Positions 19,626 to 29,001 of a stretch of DNA of 64,000 nt are shown here, piece after piece. The DNA is from Longimicrobiales bacterium (lineage in GTDB: Bacteria; Gemmatimonadota; Gemmatimonadetes; Longimicrobiales; Gaopeijiaceae). The notes below the pieces were generated by a model, which searched no databases, was not told the origin of the DNA, and worked only from the letters and a program-made list of their open reading frames with translations. Location of the stretch: positions 864,001 through 928,000 of the forward strand of contig CBDBCF010000002.1 in the NCBI GenBank assembly GCA_965202985.1, read 5' to 3'. Numbering within the stretch: position 1 is the stretch's first letter; every line of letters starts with the position of its first letter. Both the position numbers and the translations under genes were made by a program.

Positions 19626-20399
19626 CTAGTCGGCGGAAGAGGTCGCTTCGGCGGCGGCGCGCGCGATCGCGGCAAGGGACTCCGGGTCCAGGCTCGCTCC
19701 CCCTACGAGAACGCCGTCGACGCCGGTGGCGGACATGAGCGTCCCTGCGTTTGCCGGGTTGACGCTCCCGCCGTACAGGACCGGCACGTCCGCCGCACCG
19801 CCGGGGACCACGGCGCGACTCAGAACCTCCCGCACGATCGCGTGAGCCTCCGCCGCGTCGCGCGGCGTGGCGGTCTCGCCGGTTCCGATGGCCCACACGG
19901 GCTCGTACGCCACCATGAACCCCGTCGCCCGCGCCGCGTCGGCCAGGGGTCCCGCCACCGCCTCGAGCTGCCGGGACAGCACGTGGCGCAGCCGCCCCGC
20001 CCGGCGCTCTTCCAGCAGCTCGCCGACGCACACCACCGGGACCAAGCCGGCGCGCACGGCCGCGGCGACCTTGCGGCCGGTCTCCGCATCCGTCTCGCCG
20101 AAGAGATGCCGGCGCTCGGAGTGGCCCACCAAGGCCAGGGTCGCGCCCGCCTCTCCGGCCATCTCCGCCGACGTTTCCCCGGTAAGCGCGCCCTCCTTCT
20201 CCCAGTGGATGTCTTGGACGCCAAGCTCCACGGCGGGCGCAGCCGCAACGGCAGCCGGCAAGGACACGTCGGCGGGAAACACCAGGACCCGAACCGATTC
20301 CGGCACGTCTCGGGAAAACCGAAGGAAGAAGTCGCGGACGGCCGAGGGGCCGTGGTGCATCTTCCAGTTGGCGGCGACGACCTTGTTCACGAGGGGCAT
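19626..20399 (-). CDS. tpiA: Triosephosphate isomerase
   Basis: ANWKMH, GHSERR, AYEPVWAIGTG, LYGGSV, LVGGASL. Confidence 0.97.
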   Translation of the reverse strand: MPLVNKVVAANWKMHHGPSAVRDFFLRFSRDVPESVRVLVFPADVSLPAAVAAAPAVELGVQDIHWEKEGALTGETSAEMAGEAGATLALVGHSERRHLFGETDAETGRKVAAAVRAGLVPVVCVGELLEERRAGRLRHVLSRQLEAVAGPLADAARATGFMVAYEPVWAIGTGETATPRDAAEAHAIVREVLSRAVVPGGAADVPVLYGGSVNPANAGTLMSATGVDGVLVGGASLDPESLAAIARAAAEATSSAD

Positions 20400-21601
20400 G
20401 CGACGGTCTCCGAAAGGGCCGCGATTCCGGGCAGTTCCTTGCCCGCCAGAAGGTCCAGGGACGCTCCGCCTCCGGTGGAGACGTGGCCGATCCGGCTGGC
20501 TACGCCGGCCGCGGTCGCAGCCGCAACCGAATCGCCGCCGCCGACCACGACAGCGGCGTCGCGGGCAGCGGCCGACGCCACGGCTCTCGCGACGCCGAAG
20601 GTGCCGGCGTCCATACCCGGGACCTCGAAGACGCCCATGGGGCCGTTCCAGAAGACGGTGTTCGCCGACGCCAAGCGGCTCCCGAACACGTCCGTCGTGG
20701 CGGGTCCCACGTCGGCGATCGCTTCGCCGGCGCGAACGCCGCTTCGTTCCACCACCCTTGTCCGGGCGTTGGCCGCAAGCTCCGACGCGACGACGCAGTC
20801 GACGGGAAGCGCCAGCCTCGCGCCCCCCTGGTCCATGAGCCGCAACGCCGTCGCCGCCAAGCCGGGCTCGACCAGAGACGAACCCGTTTCGAGTCCCATG
20901 GCCAGGAAGAACGTGTTGGCCATGGCTCCGCCCACCAAGAGGGCGTCGGCGCGCGACAGGAGCGCTTCCACGACCTCGAGCTTGTCCGAAACCTTGGCGC
21001 CTCCCAAGACCGCGACGAACGGCCGCCGGGGCCTCTCCGCAACGCCGTTCAGCGCCGCAAGCTCCTTCTCCACCAGAAGGCCGGCCGCCGCCGCGCCGCC
21101 TCGAGCGCGGACCGCGCGGGGCAGGCCGTCGGTGGAGGCGTGTGCGCGGTGGGCCGTCCCGAAGGCGTCGAGCACGAAGCGGTCGGCCCAGCCGGCCCAG
21201 TCGGCAGCAAGCGCCGGGTCGTTGGACGCCTCGCCGGGCAGGAAGCGGGTGTTCTCGAGCACGAGGACCGATCCGTTGCGCAGTCGGCTCACGGCATCGC
21301 GAGCCGGGGGGCCGGCGACGTGGGACGAAAAGGCGACCGGGCATGCGAGCAATCCCCCGAGGCGTCGGGCGACCGGTCGAAGCGACAGGTCGCGGCAGAC
21401 CCGGCCGTTGGGGCGCCCCAGGTGGGACAGCACCGCGACGCGGGCGCCGGCGTCGGCCAGTGCGGCCACAGTGGGGAGGCTGGCGCGAATTCGGGTGTCC
21501 TCCGCGACGCCCCCTTTCGACAACGGAACGTTGAGGTCCGCCCGCACGGCAACCACGGCGCCTTGAACGCCGGCGACGGTCAGGTCGCGAAGCGTCTTCA
21601 G
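20387..21601 (-). CDS. pgk: Phosphoglycerate kinase (start approximate)
   Basis: VRADLNVP, SHLGRP, LENTRF, DAFGTAHRAHAS, GGAKVSDK, WNGPMGVFE, STGGGASL. Confidence 0.96.
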   Translation of the reverse strand: MKTLRDLTVAGVQGAVVAVRADLNVPLSKGGVAEDTRIRASLPTVAALADAGARVAVLSHLGRPNGRVCRDLSLRPVARRLGGLLACPVAFSSHVAGPPARDAVSRLRNGSVLVLENTRFLPGEASNDPALAADWAGWADRFVLDAFGTAHRAHASTDGLPRAVRARGGAAAAGLLVEKELAALNGVAERPRRPFVAVLGGAKVSDKLEVVEALLSRADALLVGGAMANTFFLAMGLETGSSLVEPGLAATALRLMDQGGARLALPVDCVVASELAANARTRVVERSGVRAGEAIADVGPATTDVFGSRLASANTVFWNGPMGVFEVPGMDAGTFGVARAVASAAARDAAVVVGGGDSVAAATAAGVASRIGHVSTGGGASLDLLAGKELPGIAALSETVACPS

Positions 21602-22401
21602 TTGCTCAGTGGAATGTGGAAGGGCTGGTACTCGGGGCCGGGCTGGGAGTCCGGCGCGTAGGGCCGGAAGCGAATCGAGAACTCGACCCACGTTCCCACC
21701 GAGCGGCCGTTGTGGGTGGCCGGTCGGAACCGGAACGAGCGGATGGCCCGCAACGCGGCCGAGTCCAGTCCTTCCGCGCCCGAGGACTCGGCGACGCGCG
21801 CCTGGCTGGCGTCTCCGCCGGGCTGTACCCACAGCAAGACGCGGACCGTGCCGCCCACGCCGGCGCCCTGAAGGTGCGGGGGGTACTCGCGCGCCACGGT
21901 TCTGCGCGCCTCGTCGGGGTCCAGGAGCCCCGGCAAGGTGGCGGGCGGGGCGACCCACGGAACTCGGGCGTCGCTGGCGACGGCAAGAGGCGCGAGACGC
22001 GCAGGCATGGGCTCGGCCTGGGGCTCGGGGCGAGCTTCGGTCGGGGCGACGGGAGCGGGCGGCGGGAGCGGCTGGGCCTGGGGTTCGGGGCGCGGCGCCG
22101 GGGCGAACCACCTGGCCAAGCTCGCACGGGCCGACGGCGCGGCGATCGCGCCCGCAACCCCGAGAACGACGGCCCCTGCGGCAACCGCTCGCCGACGCCG
22201 ACCCGCACGGTGCGGTCCGGCGTCCTGGATTCGCCGGCGCTCCGCCGCCAGCGTTGCGCGAAGTTCGACGCCGAAGGAGCACCGCTCCTCGATGACGATC
22301 GTCCGCAGGTCTCGATCCAGTCCCCGCAGTTCGGAGGGCAGCTCGGACGACGGCTTGGTCCCGCGAGCCCGGCCCCGGCGCAGGCGCGATCGTCCTCTCA
22401 C
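21598..22401 (-). CDS. Membrane-anchored TonB C-terminal-domain protein, candidate anti-sigma factor
   Basis: Short N-terminal segment, TM AVAAGAVVLGVAGAIAA, Pro-rich linker, YP...GVGGTV...SSG...LDSAALRA...FRPA TonB_C motif. Confidence 0.8.
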   Translation of the reverse strand: MRGRSRLRRGRARGTKPSSELPSELRGLDRDLRTIVIEERCSFGVELRATLAAERRRIQDAGPHRAGRRRRAVAAGAVVLGVAGAIAAPSARASLARWFAPAPRPEPQAQPLPPPAPVAPTEARPEPQAEPMPARLAPLAVASDARVPWVAPPATLPGLLDPDEARRTVAREYPPHLQGAGVGGTVRVLLWVQPGGDASQARVAESSGAEGLDSAALRAIRSFRFRPATHNGRSVGTWVEFSIRFRPYAPDSQPGPEYQPFHIPLSN

Positions 22402-22406
22402 AAGGT

Positions 22407-23015
22407 CTAGCCCCTGCCCGCCTCGGAGCGCGCCACCGCTTCCCGAAGGCGTTCCAGCGCTCGGTGCAGACGCACCGCCACCGCGTTGGTGCTGATCTCC
22501 AGGGCCTCGGCGATCTCGGCGTTGGTGAAGCCCGACCCGTAGCGGAGAGACAAGACCTCGCGGTCCACCTCCCGCAGCGTGGCCGCCGCGTTCAGCAGTC
22601 CCTGAACCTGCTCCTCGCGCAACAGGCGCTCTTCGGGCGACGCGCAATCGGACGCAAGATCGGGAACGCGGTCCAGCGACACGTAGAGCGATTGCTGGCG
22701 CTGAAGGGCTCGGAGGTGGTCGGTCACGGCGTTTCGGGCGATGCGCATCAGCCATGTTCGCGGCGCCGATCGCGCAGGGTCGTAGTGATCCAAGGACCGA
22801 AGCGCCTTCATGAAGACGTCCGAGGTGACGTCCTCCGCCGCCTCGCGGGTGGCCACGCGGAAGCGCACGTAGCGGTAGACGGGCTCGCGGTACTCGCGAA
22901 ACCACGCGTCGAAGTCGGGCGGCAGATCGGCGGCGTCCGAGGTCGAGGCCTGGTTCGAGGCCGTCTTCGCGCCGGCCCGTTGCCGGGCGGGAGGGTGCTT
23001 GGCCGTCCCCGCCAC
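22407..23015 (-). CDS. ECF RNA polymerase sigma factor
   Basis: AEDVTSDVF, TWLMRIARN...DHLR (region 2); EIAEALEISTNAVAVRLHRA (region 4). Confidence 0.93.
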   Translation of the reverse strand: MAGTAKHPPARQRAGAKTASNQASTSDAADLPPDFDAWFREYREPVYRYVRFRVATREAAEDVTSDVFMKALRSLDHYDPARSAPRTWLMRIARNAVTDHLRALQRQQSLYVSLDRVPDLASDCASPEERLLREEQVQGLLNAAATLREVDREVLSLRYGSGFTNAEIAEALEISTNAVAVRLHRALERLREAVARSEAGRG

Positions 23016-23021
23016 GATCCC

Positions 23022-24032
23022 CTAGCCCCCCGCTCCGACGTGGCGAACCAAGTCGGCCACTCGCGCCGAGTAGCCCCATTCGTTGTCGTACCACGCCAGG
23101 ACCTTGACCAGCCGCCGGTCCATGACCGACGTGCTCCGGGCGTCCACCACCGAACTCGCGGCCTCGCCGGTGAAGTCCACGGAGACCAGGGGCGCTTCCT
23201 CCACCCGCAGGAACCCCGCCAGCGGTCCCCGCGAAGCGGCCCGAAACGCCTCGTTCACCGCGTCCGCCGTCGCGTCCTGCGCCGTTTCCGCCACCAAGTC
23301 CACCAAGGAGACATCGGGGGTGGGGACCCGCACCGCCATGCCGTCCAGCTTGCCCTCCAGCTCGGGCAGGACCAGCGAGATGGCCCGGGCGGCGCCGGTG
23401 GTGGTGGGGATCATGCTCAGTACCGCGGCGCGCGCCCTGCGCAGGTCGGCTCGGGGGGCGTCCAGGATCGCTTGGCCGGCCGTGTACGCGTGAATGGTGG
23501 TCATCAGGCCCCGCACGAAGCCGAACCGTTCGGACAGCACCTTGGCGACCGGGGCCAAGCAGTTGGTGGTGCAGCTGGCGTTGGAGATCACGTGATGGCG
23601 CGCTGGGTCGTACCGGTGGTGGTTGACGCCCATGACCACCGTGATGTCCTCGTCCTTTGCCGGCGCCGAGATCACGACCTTCCCGGCGCCGGCGTCCAGG
23701 TGCTTCGTTGCGGACGCACGGTCCCGGAAGAGGCCGGTGGACTCCACGACCACGTCCACGCCCAACTCCTTCCAGGGCAGACGGGCCGGGTCCCGCTCGG
23801 ACAGCACGCGGATTTCGTCCCCGTCCACCTTGATGCATCCTTCCGACGCCTCCACAGAACCCGAATAGGGGCCGTGCACCGAGTCGTGCTTGAGCAGGTG
23901 CGCCAGCGTGCCCGGGTCCGCCAAGTCGTTGACGGCGACGAACTCCAGCCCGCCTGCGCCGGACTCGTTGGCGGCGCGGAGGACGTTCCGGCCGATGCGG
24001 CCGAACCCGTTGACGGCGACTCTGATGGACAT
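23022..24032 (-). CDS. gap: Glyceraldehyde-3-phosphate dehydrogenase
   Basis: NGFGRIGR, ASCTTNCL, AVRVPT, WYDNEWGYS. Confidence 0.97.
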   Translation of the reverse strand: MSIRVAVNGFGRIGRNVLRAANESGAGGLEFVAVNDLADPGTLAHLLKHDSVHGPYSGSVEASEGCIKVDGDEIRVLSERDPARLPWKELGVDVVVESTGLFRDRASATKHLDAGAGKVVISAPAKDEDITVVMGVNHHRYDPARHHVISNASCTTNCLAPVAKVLSERFGFVRGLMTTIHAYTAGQAILDAPRADLRRARAAVLSMIPTTTGAARAISLVLPELEGKLDGMAVRVPTPDVSLVDLVAETAQDATADAVNEAFRAASRGPLAGFLRVEEAPLVSVDFTGEAASSVVDARSTSVMDRRLVKVLAWYDNEWGYSARVADLVRHVGAGG

Positions 24033-24057
24033 GGGCGACTTGCGTGGATGAAATTCG

Positions 24058-24858
24058 TCAGAGTTCACGGACGGAAACCTCGGGCACGGCCAACTCCCGG
24101 CCGACCGACGCTTCCTCTTGGAGCACGGGCGCTGTCCGCGCAAAGGCGTAGGCGAAGACGGACGCTGGCTTGCCGAGCGCCAAGGCCAGCGCTGCCGCGC
24201 GTATCGTGGCCCCGGTCGTCACCACGTCGTCCACGAGCACCAACCGCCGACCGGCGACCGCGTCCTTCCGGCCTTCCGCCAGCGCGAACGCACCACTGAC
24301 GTTAGCCCGCCGCTGCTCCGGGTTCAAGGTCGTCTGGGTTTCCGTCTGCCGCCGACGCTCCAGACACGGCAGCAACGGCAGCTCGAGGGCGTCGGCCAGG
24401 GCCGCGGCGATGACGCGGGCTTGGTTGTAGCCGCGTCGCCTGCGGTTGCGAGGCGAGGTCGGGACGGGAACCACGGCGTGGGCATCCCTGACCGATGCGC
24501 TGGCGCGGCGGGCCATCTCGGCGCCCATGAAGTCGCCCACGCCCTTCCATCCCTGGTACTTGAGAGCGTGGACCAGCTCCCGCGCGGGCGACTCCAACAT
24601 GCAGGCCGCCCGGGCGCCGACCACTAGCGCCGGCCACTCCGCGCACTCCAAGCAGGCGGGGGCGCGTCCCGTCCCCGAGGGCGCTCCGCAGCGGGAGCAT
24701 GCGGGCTGGGGTACGGGCGGCAGGCCCAGGCGACAGTCCATGCACACGGGCGCCGGCGGGTACTCGCCTCCGGTCGCCCCGCCGCAACCGGCGCAGCCCG
24801 GCGGCAGGAAGAAGTCGAGGACGGCGGCCGCCCTGCGGGGCAAGACGAGGGCAAGCAC
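24058..24858 (-). CDS. comF: ComF family double zinc-ribbon phosphoribosyltransferase-like protein
   Basis: Four CxxC pairs, LKY, RGYNQA, LVDDVVTTGAT. Confidence 0.9.
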   Translation of the reverse strand: MLALVLPRRAAAVLDFFLPPGCAGCGGATGGEYPPAPVCMDCRLGLPPVPQPACSRCGAPSGTGRAPACLECAEWPALVVGARAACMLESPARELVHALKYQGWKGVGDFMGAEMARRASASVRDAHAVVPVPTSPRNRRRRGYNQARVIAAALADALELPLLPCLERRRQTETQTTLNPEQRRANVSGAFALAEGRKDAVAGRRLVLVDDVVTTGATIRAAALALALGKPASVFAYAFARTAPVLQEEASVGRELAVPEVSVREL

Positions 24859-24861
24859 GGC

Positions 24862-26154
24862 CTACCGAAGGGCCTCCGCCATGGCGCCCGGCGGCGGGTT
24901 CCGTTCGAACCAGCAGCGGTAGGAGGCCTCCGCCTGTCCGACCAGCATGTCGCGACCGTCGGTCGCATGGACCCCGAGGGCGGCGGCCTGCGCGGCCAAG
25001 GGCGTCGAGGTCTTGCCGTAGACCAGATCGATCACGGCGGCTGGGAGGCGCGTCAGGCCCTTCAAGTCCACGGGCGCCGCCTTTCCGTCCAGACCGACGG
25101 AGGTGGCGTTCACCACGACGTCCGGCGTGGTCCGGCGCCAGTCTCCGACGGCGCGAAGTCGATCGTCGCGAAAGTGCCTAACCAGGTCGGCCGCCCGGTC
25201 CGGAGAACGGTTCCACAGTTCGGCTCGGGCCAAGGGTCCGGTCTTGACCAGGGCGAACAGCACCGCTCGCGCCGCGCCGCCGGCGCCCAGAACCAGCACC
25301 GAGGGCCCGGCCGGCCCCCAGCGTCGGTCCGCCCCCGCCCTTTGACAGGAACGGCGCCACGTCCCCGTGAAGCCCTCCACGTCGGTGTTGTCTCCATGGA
25401 CCTTCCCATCCTGGGCCCAGAAGGTGTTGCACGCCCCCGTCGCCTCCACCGACTCCGACGCCACGTCCAGGAACGGCGTCACGCGCTCCTTGTGGGGCAC
25501 GGTCACGTTGCCGCCCCCGCCCGCCAGCGCCATGTCGCGGAGAACCAACCCGCAATCGGCTGCGCTCGTCGGTCGCGCCCAGTAGACGGCGTCCACGCCG
25601 GCCGCGCGGAAGGCCGCGTTGTGGAGGGCGGGCGACAGGCTGTGGGCCACGGGGTCGCCCAGCACGGCGTAGACGGCCCCGCTTCCACGCTCGGCGTACC
25701 CCCGGGTGAAGAGGCTCGCGAACAGCCTGCCCACGCGGACCTCGAGTTCGCGGAACGTTGCCCGATAGGTCTCGTCCGAGCCGCCGAAGGGATCGGAGAC
25801 CGGCGCGGGGCCTCCGCGTTCGTCCGCGAAGAGCCGGACCTTGTCTTCGCCGCCCAACTGAACTACCCGATCGACGTGGCGACGTTCCATGCACACCAGC
25901 ACGTCGGACCGGGCGACGGCGTCCTCCGTCAGGAGCGCGCTGCGGTGAGCCTGAAGGTCCAACCCTGCGACGGCGCTCGCCCGGACCGCGCCCTCGCTGG
26001 CCTGGGCGCCGACGAACGCCGACGTGCCCGCCGACTCCACCGCGACCGGGTTCCCCAGCTCGGCCAGTCCGATCTTGGCCGCGACTCGTCGGGCGATCGC
26101 CGCCGCCATGGGAGACCGGCAGGTATTGCCTGTGCAGACGAAGGTGAGCGTCAC
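24862..26154 (-). CDS. aroE: Fusion: low-molecular-weight protein tyrosine/arginine phosphatase + shikimate dehydrogenase
   Basis: One frame: FVCTGNTCRS...DPFG, then GDPVAHSLSP, NVTVPHK, NTD, GAGGAA, NATS, DLVY. Confidence 0.88.
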   Translation of the reverse strand: MTLTFVCTGNTCRSPMAAAIARRVAAKIGLAELGNPVAVESAGTSAFVGAQASEGAVRASAVAGLDLQAHRSALLTEDAVARSDVLVCMERRHVDRVVQLGGEDKVRLFADERGGPAPVSDPFGGSDETYRATFRELEVRVGRLFASLFTRGYAERGSGAVYAVLGDPVAHSLSPALHNAAFRAAGVDAVYWARPTSAADCGLVLRDMALAGGGGNVTVPHKERVTPFLDVASESVEATGACNTFWAQDGKVHGDNTDVEGFTGTWRRSCQRAGADRRWGPAGPSVLVLGAGGAARAVLFALVKTGPLARAELWNRSPDRAADLVRHFRDDRLRAVGDWRRTTPDVVVNATSVGLDGKAAPVDLKGLTRLPAAVIDLVYGKTSTPLAAQAAALGVHATDGRDMLVGQAEASYRCWFERNPPPGAMAEALR

Positions 26155-26834
26155 GACCCGGCCAGGAGAACGGGGGCGCCCGCCGCCTCCGACAGCGCGC
26201 CGGGGGCGATCGGCCCGGCGCGCAAGAGAACCGGGTCGGCGTTCCCGGCGCGAACGATCGTGGACGGCGCACCGCCCGGAAGCGGGCCGGCGTCCAGGGC
26301 GAAGAGATCGCGGCCTCGGGCCAGCGCTGCTTGCCGGGCTTCTTGGGCCGTGGCGGCGGGGCGGGCGCCCGGCGCGTTGGCGGAAGTGGAGGTCAGGGGA
26401 GCGGCGGCCGCGGCCAGAAGGGCCAAGGCCGTTGGGTGGCCCGGAACGCGCAGCGCCACCGAACCGTCGAGGGCCTTGGCGGCGGGATGGAAGCGATCCT
26501 CGGGGTCGTCCGCCACGAGCGTGAGCGGCCCGGGCCAGAACGCCCGCGCCAGGGCGCGCCCGGCCGGACCGAGCAATCCGTCGGCGTCCTGGGACCGGGG
26601 CAGCAGCACCACGAAGCCGCCCGACGGTCGGTTCTTCAGTTCTCGCAGGGCGGCCAGCGGCTCGGAGGCGAGCATGCATCCGAATCCGTAGACGGACTCG
26701 GTGGGGTGGACAACCAGTTCCCCGCCTTCGAGCCGACGGGCCGCCTCTTCCACCGGGTCGCTGCTCGGTGCCGCGCCGCCGCCGGAACAGATCGCGCCCC
26801 GCCCGGCGCCGGTCGCCGTCTCGTCTCTCCGCAT
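26151..26834 (-). CDS. tsaC: L-threonylcarbamoyladenylate synthase (YrdC/Sua5 family)
   Basis: HPTESVYG, LKNRP, FWPGPLTL, ALRVP, TSTSAN, PSTIV. Confidence 0.93.
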   Translation of the reverse strand: MRRDETATGAGRGAICSGGGAAPSSDPVEEAARRLEGGELVVHPTESVYGFGCMLASEPLAALRELKNRPSGGFVVLLPRSQDADGLLGPAGRALARAFWPGPLTLVADDPEDRFHPAAKALDGSVALRVPGHPTALALLAAAAAPLTSTSANAPGARPAATAQEARQAALARGRDLFALDAGPLPGGAPSTIVRAGNADPVLLRAGPIAPGALSEAAGAPVLLAGS

Positions 26835-27508
26835 CACACCAGTCCGCGCGACAGGTAGGCTTCGGCCGCCACCAAGTCCTCCGGCCGCGTGACCTTCAAG
26901 TTGCAGGACGAGGCGGCCACCATCCGCACCTCGTCCGAGCCCGCGAACTCGGCCATCGCGGCGTCGTCGGTGGGCGACGCGCCGGCGGCCCGACAACGGG
27001 CCAGCGCCTGGGCAAAGACGGCGCTCGGAAAGACCTGCGGCGTCTGGGCGTACCACAGCGCGCGCCGGTCGGGCGTCTCCAGGACTCTGCCCCGGTCGTC
27101 CGCGCGCTTCACCGTGTCCACGGCGGGGATGCCCGCGACCGCCACGACGCCTTGGGCGGCGGTCCTTATGCACCTTTCGATGGCGTCCGGCGGCGGAAAG
27201 GGGCGAGCGCCGTCGTGGACGGCCACGAGTTCGGCGCCCGACTGCGACGCGTCAAAGGCGGCTCCGACCGAAGCGAAACGCGTGCCCCCCCCTTCCACGA
27301 AGCGAACCCGAGGGTCGTGGTCGCCGGCCTTCGGGGCCCCCTGCCCCACGGCAACGACCACCTCCGCCACGTCCTCCCGAGCCAGGAACGGCGCCAGCGC
27401 CCACTCCAGGACGCTCCGCTCTCCCAGCCGAATCCACGGCTTGCGCGCACCGCCCATGCGGACGCCGGCCCCGGCCGCGGGCACAAGGACGACCACCCTG
27501 GGCGTCAT
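26834..27508 (-). CDS. ispD: 2-C-methyl-D-erythritol 4-phosphate cytidylyltransferase
   Basis: PAAGAGVRMG...K, VHDGARPF, AQTPQ, TDD, NLKVTRPED. Confidence 0.95.
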   Translation of the reverse strand: MTPRVVVLVPAAGAGVRMGGARKPWIRLGERSVLEWALAPFLAREDVAEVVVAVGQGAPKAGDHDPRVRFVEGGGTRFASVGAAFDASQSGAELVAVHDGARPFPPPDAIERCIRTAAQGVVAVAGIPAVDTVKRADDRGRVLETPDRRALWYAQTPQVFPSAVFAQALARCRAAGASPTDDAAMAEFAGSDEVRMVAASSCNLKVTRPEDLVAAEAYLSRGLV

Positions 27509-29001
27509 GCCGCGTGTTCGTCGGGCTCCGGCCCCTTGGCCACCGAGTCGAAGCGGGTGTACGCCTTGTGAAAGTACAGGTCCACGGTCCCCGTCGGGCC
27601 GTTCCTTTGCTTGGACACGATCAGCTCGGCCTTCCCCTCCAAGGAGTTTCCGTCCTTGTCGGTCGGTCCGTGGTAGTACTCCTGGCGGTAGAGGAACATG
27701 ACCAGGTCCGCGTCCTGCTCGATGGAGCCGCTCTCGCGCAGGTCGGACAGCTGCGGCCGCCGGTCGGGACGCTGCTCGGGCGCCCGGCTCAGCTGGCTCA
27801 ACGCCACCACCGGGACCTCCAGCTCGCGTGCCAAGGACTTGAGCCCTCGGGATATCTCGCCCACCTCCTGGACCCGATTCTCGGTCCGTCGGGCCCCGGT
27901 CATGAGCTGGATGTAGTCGACGACGACCAGTCCCACGTCCTCCTCGGCCTTGAGGCGGCGCGCCTTCGCCTTCATCTCCAGCACGTTGGCCGTGGCCGAG
28001 TCGTCAATCCATATCCGGGCCGTGTTGAGCAGTCCGGCGGCTCGAGCCAAGCGCTGGTACTCGTCGTGGGCCAGCTTGCCGCGCCGCAGCCGCTGGGCGT
28101 CCACCCGGCCCTCGGCGCACAGGAAGCGCTGCACCAGCTGCTCCTTGGACATCTCGAGGCTGAAGACCGCCACCGGCACTTCGTGCTCGATCGCCACGGA
28201 CTGCGCCACGTTCAGCACCCACGAGGTCTTCCCCATGGCCGGCCGGGCCGCCACGATCGCCAAGTCGCCCGGGTGGAGTCCCGTGGTCATGCGGTCCAGG
28301 TCCCGGAAGCCCGTCTCGAGTCCGGGGATGTCGGTCGCCGAGTCCTGAAGGCGCTCGATGTGCTCGAAGACGGGGTACAGCACCTCCTTGATCCACACGA
28401 ACCCTTCGCGGTCGCGGGACTCGGACACGCGAAAGACCCTCTGCTCCGCTTGGTCGAGGACCTCTTCCACGGTTCGCTCGCCCGGTTCGTGGACGTCCCG
28501 CTCGATGGCGTGCGCCGCGTCGATGAGCCGCCGAAGGAGCGCCTTCTCGCGCACGATGCGGGCGTGGTACTCCAGGTTGGCCGCCGTGGGCACGGCCTCG
28601 AGCAGCGTGGCCAAGTACTCCAAGCCGCCGGCCTGCTCCAGGTCGTTCGCCTTCTTGAGCTCCTCCGCGACGGTGATCACGTCCACGACGCTGCCCCGCT
28701 CGAAGAGGCGGACCATGGCCCGGAACAGCCGGCGATGCGCCTCCCGGTAGAACATGGAGTCGTCCACGGCCTCGACGGCCTTGGCCACGGCGTCGCCGTC
28801 GATGATCATCCCGCCCAGCACGGACGCCTCCGCCTCGGGCGAGAACGGCGGCTGTCGGTCGTAGGCGGGCGCCGGCGCGAGGAAGGCAGACGCAGACGCG
28901 GGCGCAGGGCCGTGGCCGGCGTCGGACGCAGGGCCGGCGGCAGGGTCGTTCGCGGGCTCCCGCATGGGCTCGGCCGGGGGAACGGAAGGCGGGGGGTTCA
29001 T
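27505..29001 (-). CDS. dnaB: Replicative DNA helicase
   Basis: EAEASVLG, AARPAMGKT, FSLEM, VDYIQL, LSQLSR, DLRESGSIEQDAD, KQRNGP. Confidence 0.97.
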   Translation of the reverse strand: MNPPPSVPPAEPMREPANDPAAGPASDAGHGPAPASASAFLAPAPAYDRQPPFSPEAEASVLGGMIIDGDAVAKAVEAVDDSMFYREAHRRLFRAMVRLFERGSVVDVITVAEELKKANDLEQAGGLEYLATLLEAVPTAANLEYHARIVREKALLRRLIDAAHAIERDVHEPGERTVEEVLDQAEQRVFRVSESRDREGFVWIKEVLYPVFEHIERLQDSATDIPGLETGFRDLDRMTTGLHPGDLAIVAARPAMGKTSWVLNVAQSVAIEHEVPVAVFSLEMSKEQLVQRFLCAEGRVDAQRLRRGKLAHDEYQRLARAAGLLNTARIWIDDSATANVLEMKAKARRLKAEEDVGLVVVDYIQLMTGARRTENRVQEVGEISRGLKSLARELEVPVVALSQLSRAPEQRPDRRPQLSDLRESGSIEQDADLVMFLYRQEYYHGPTDKDGNSLEGKAELIVSKQRNGPTGTVDLYFHKAYTRFDSVAKGPEPDEHAA

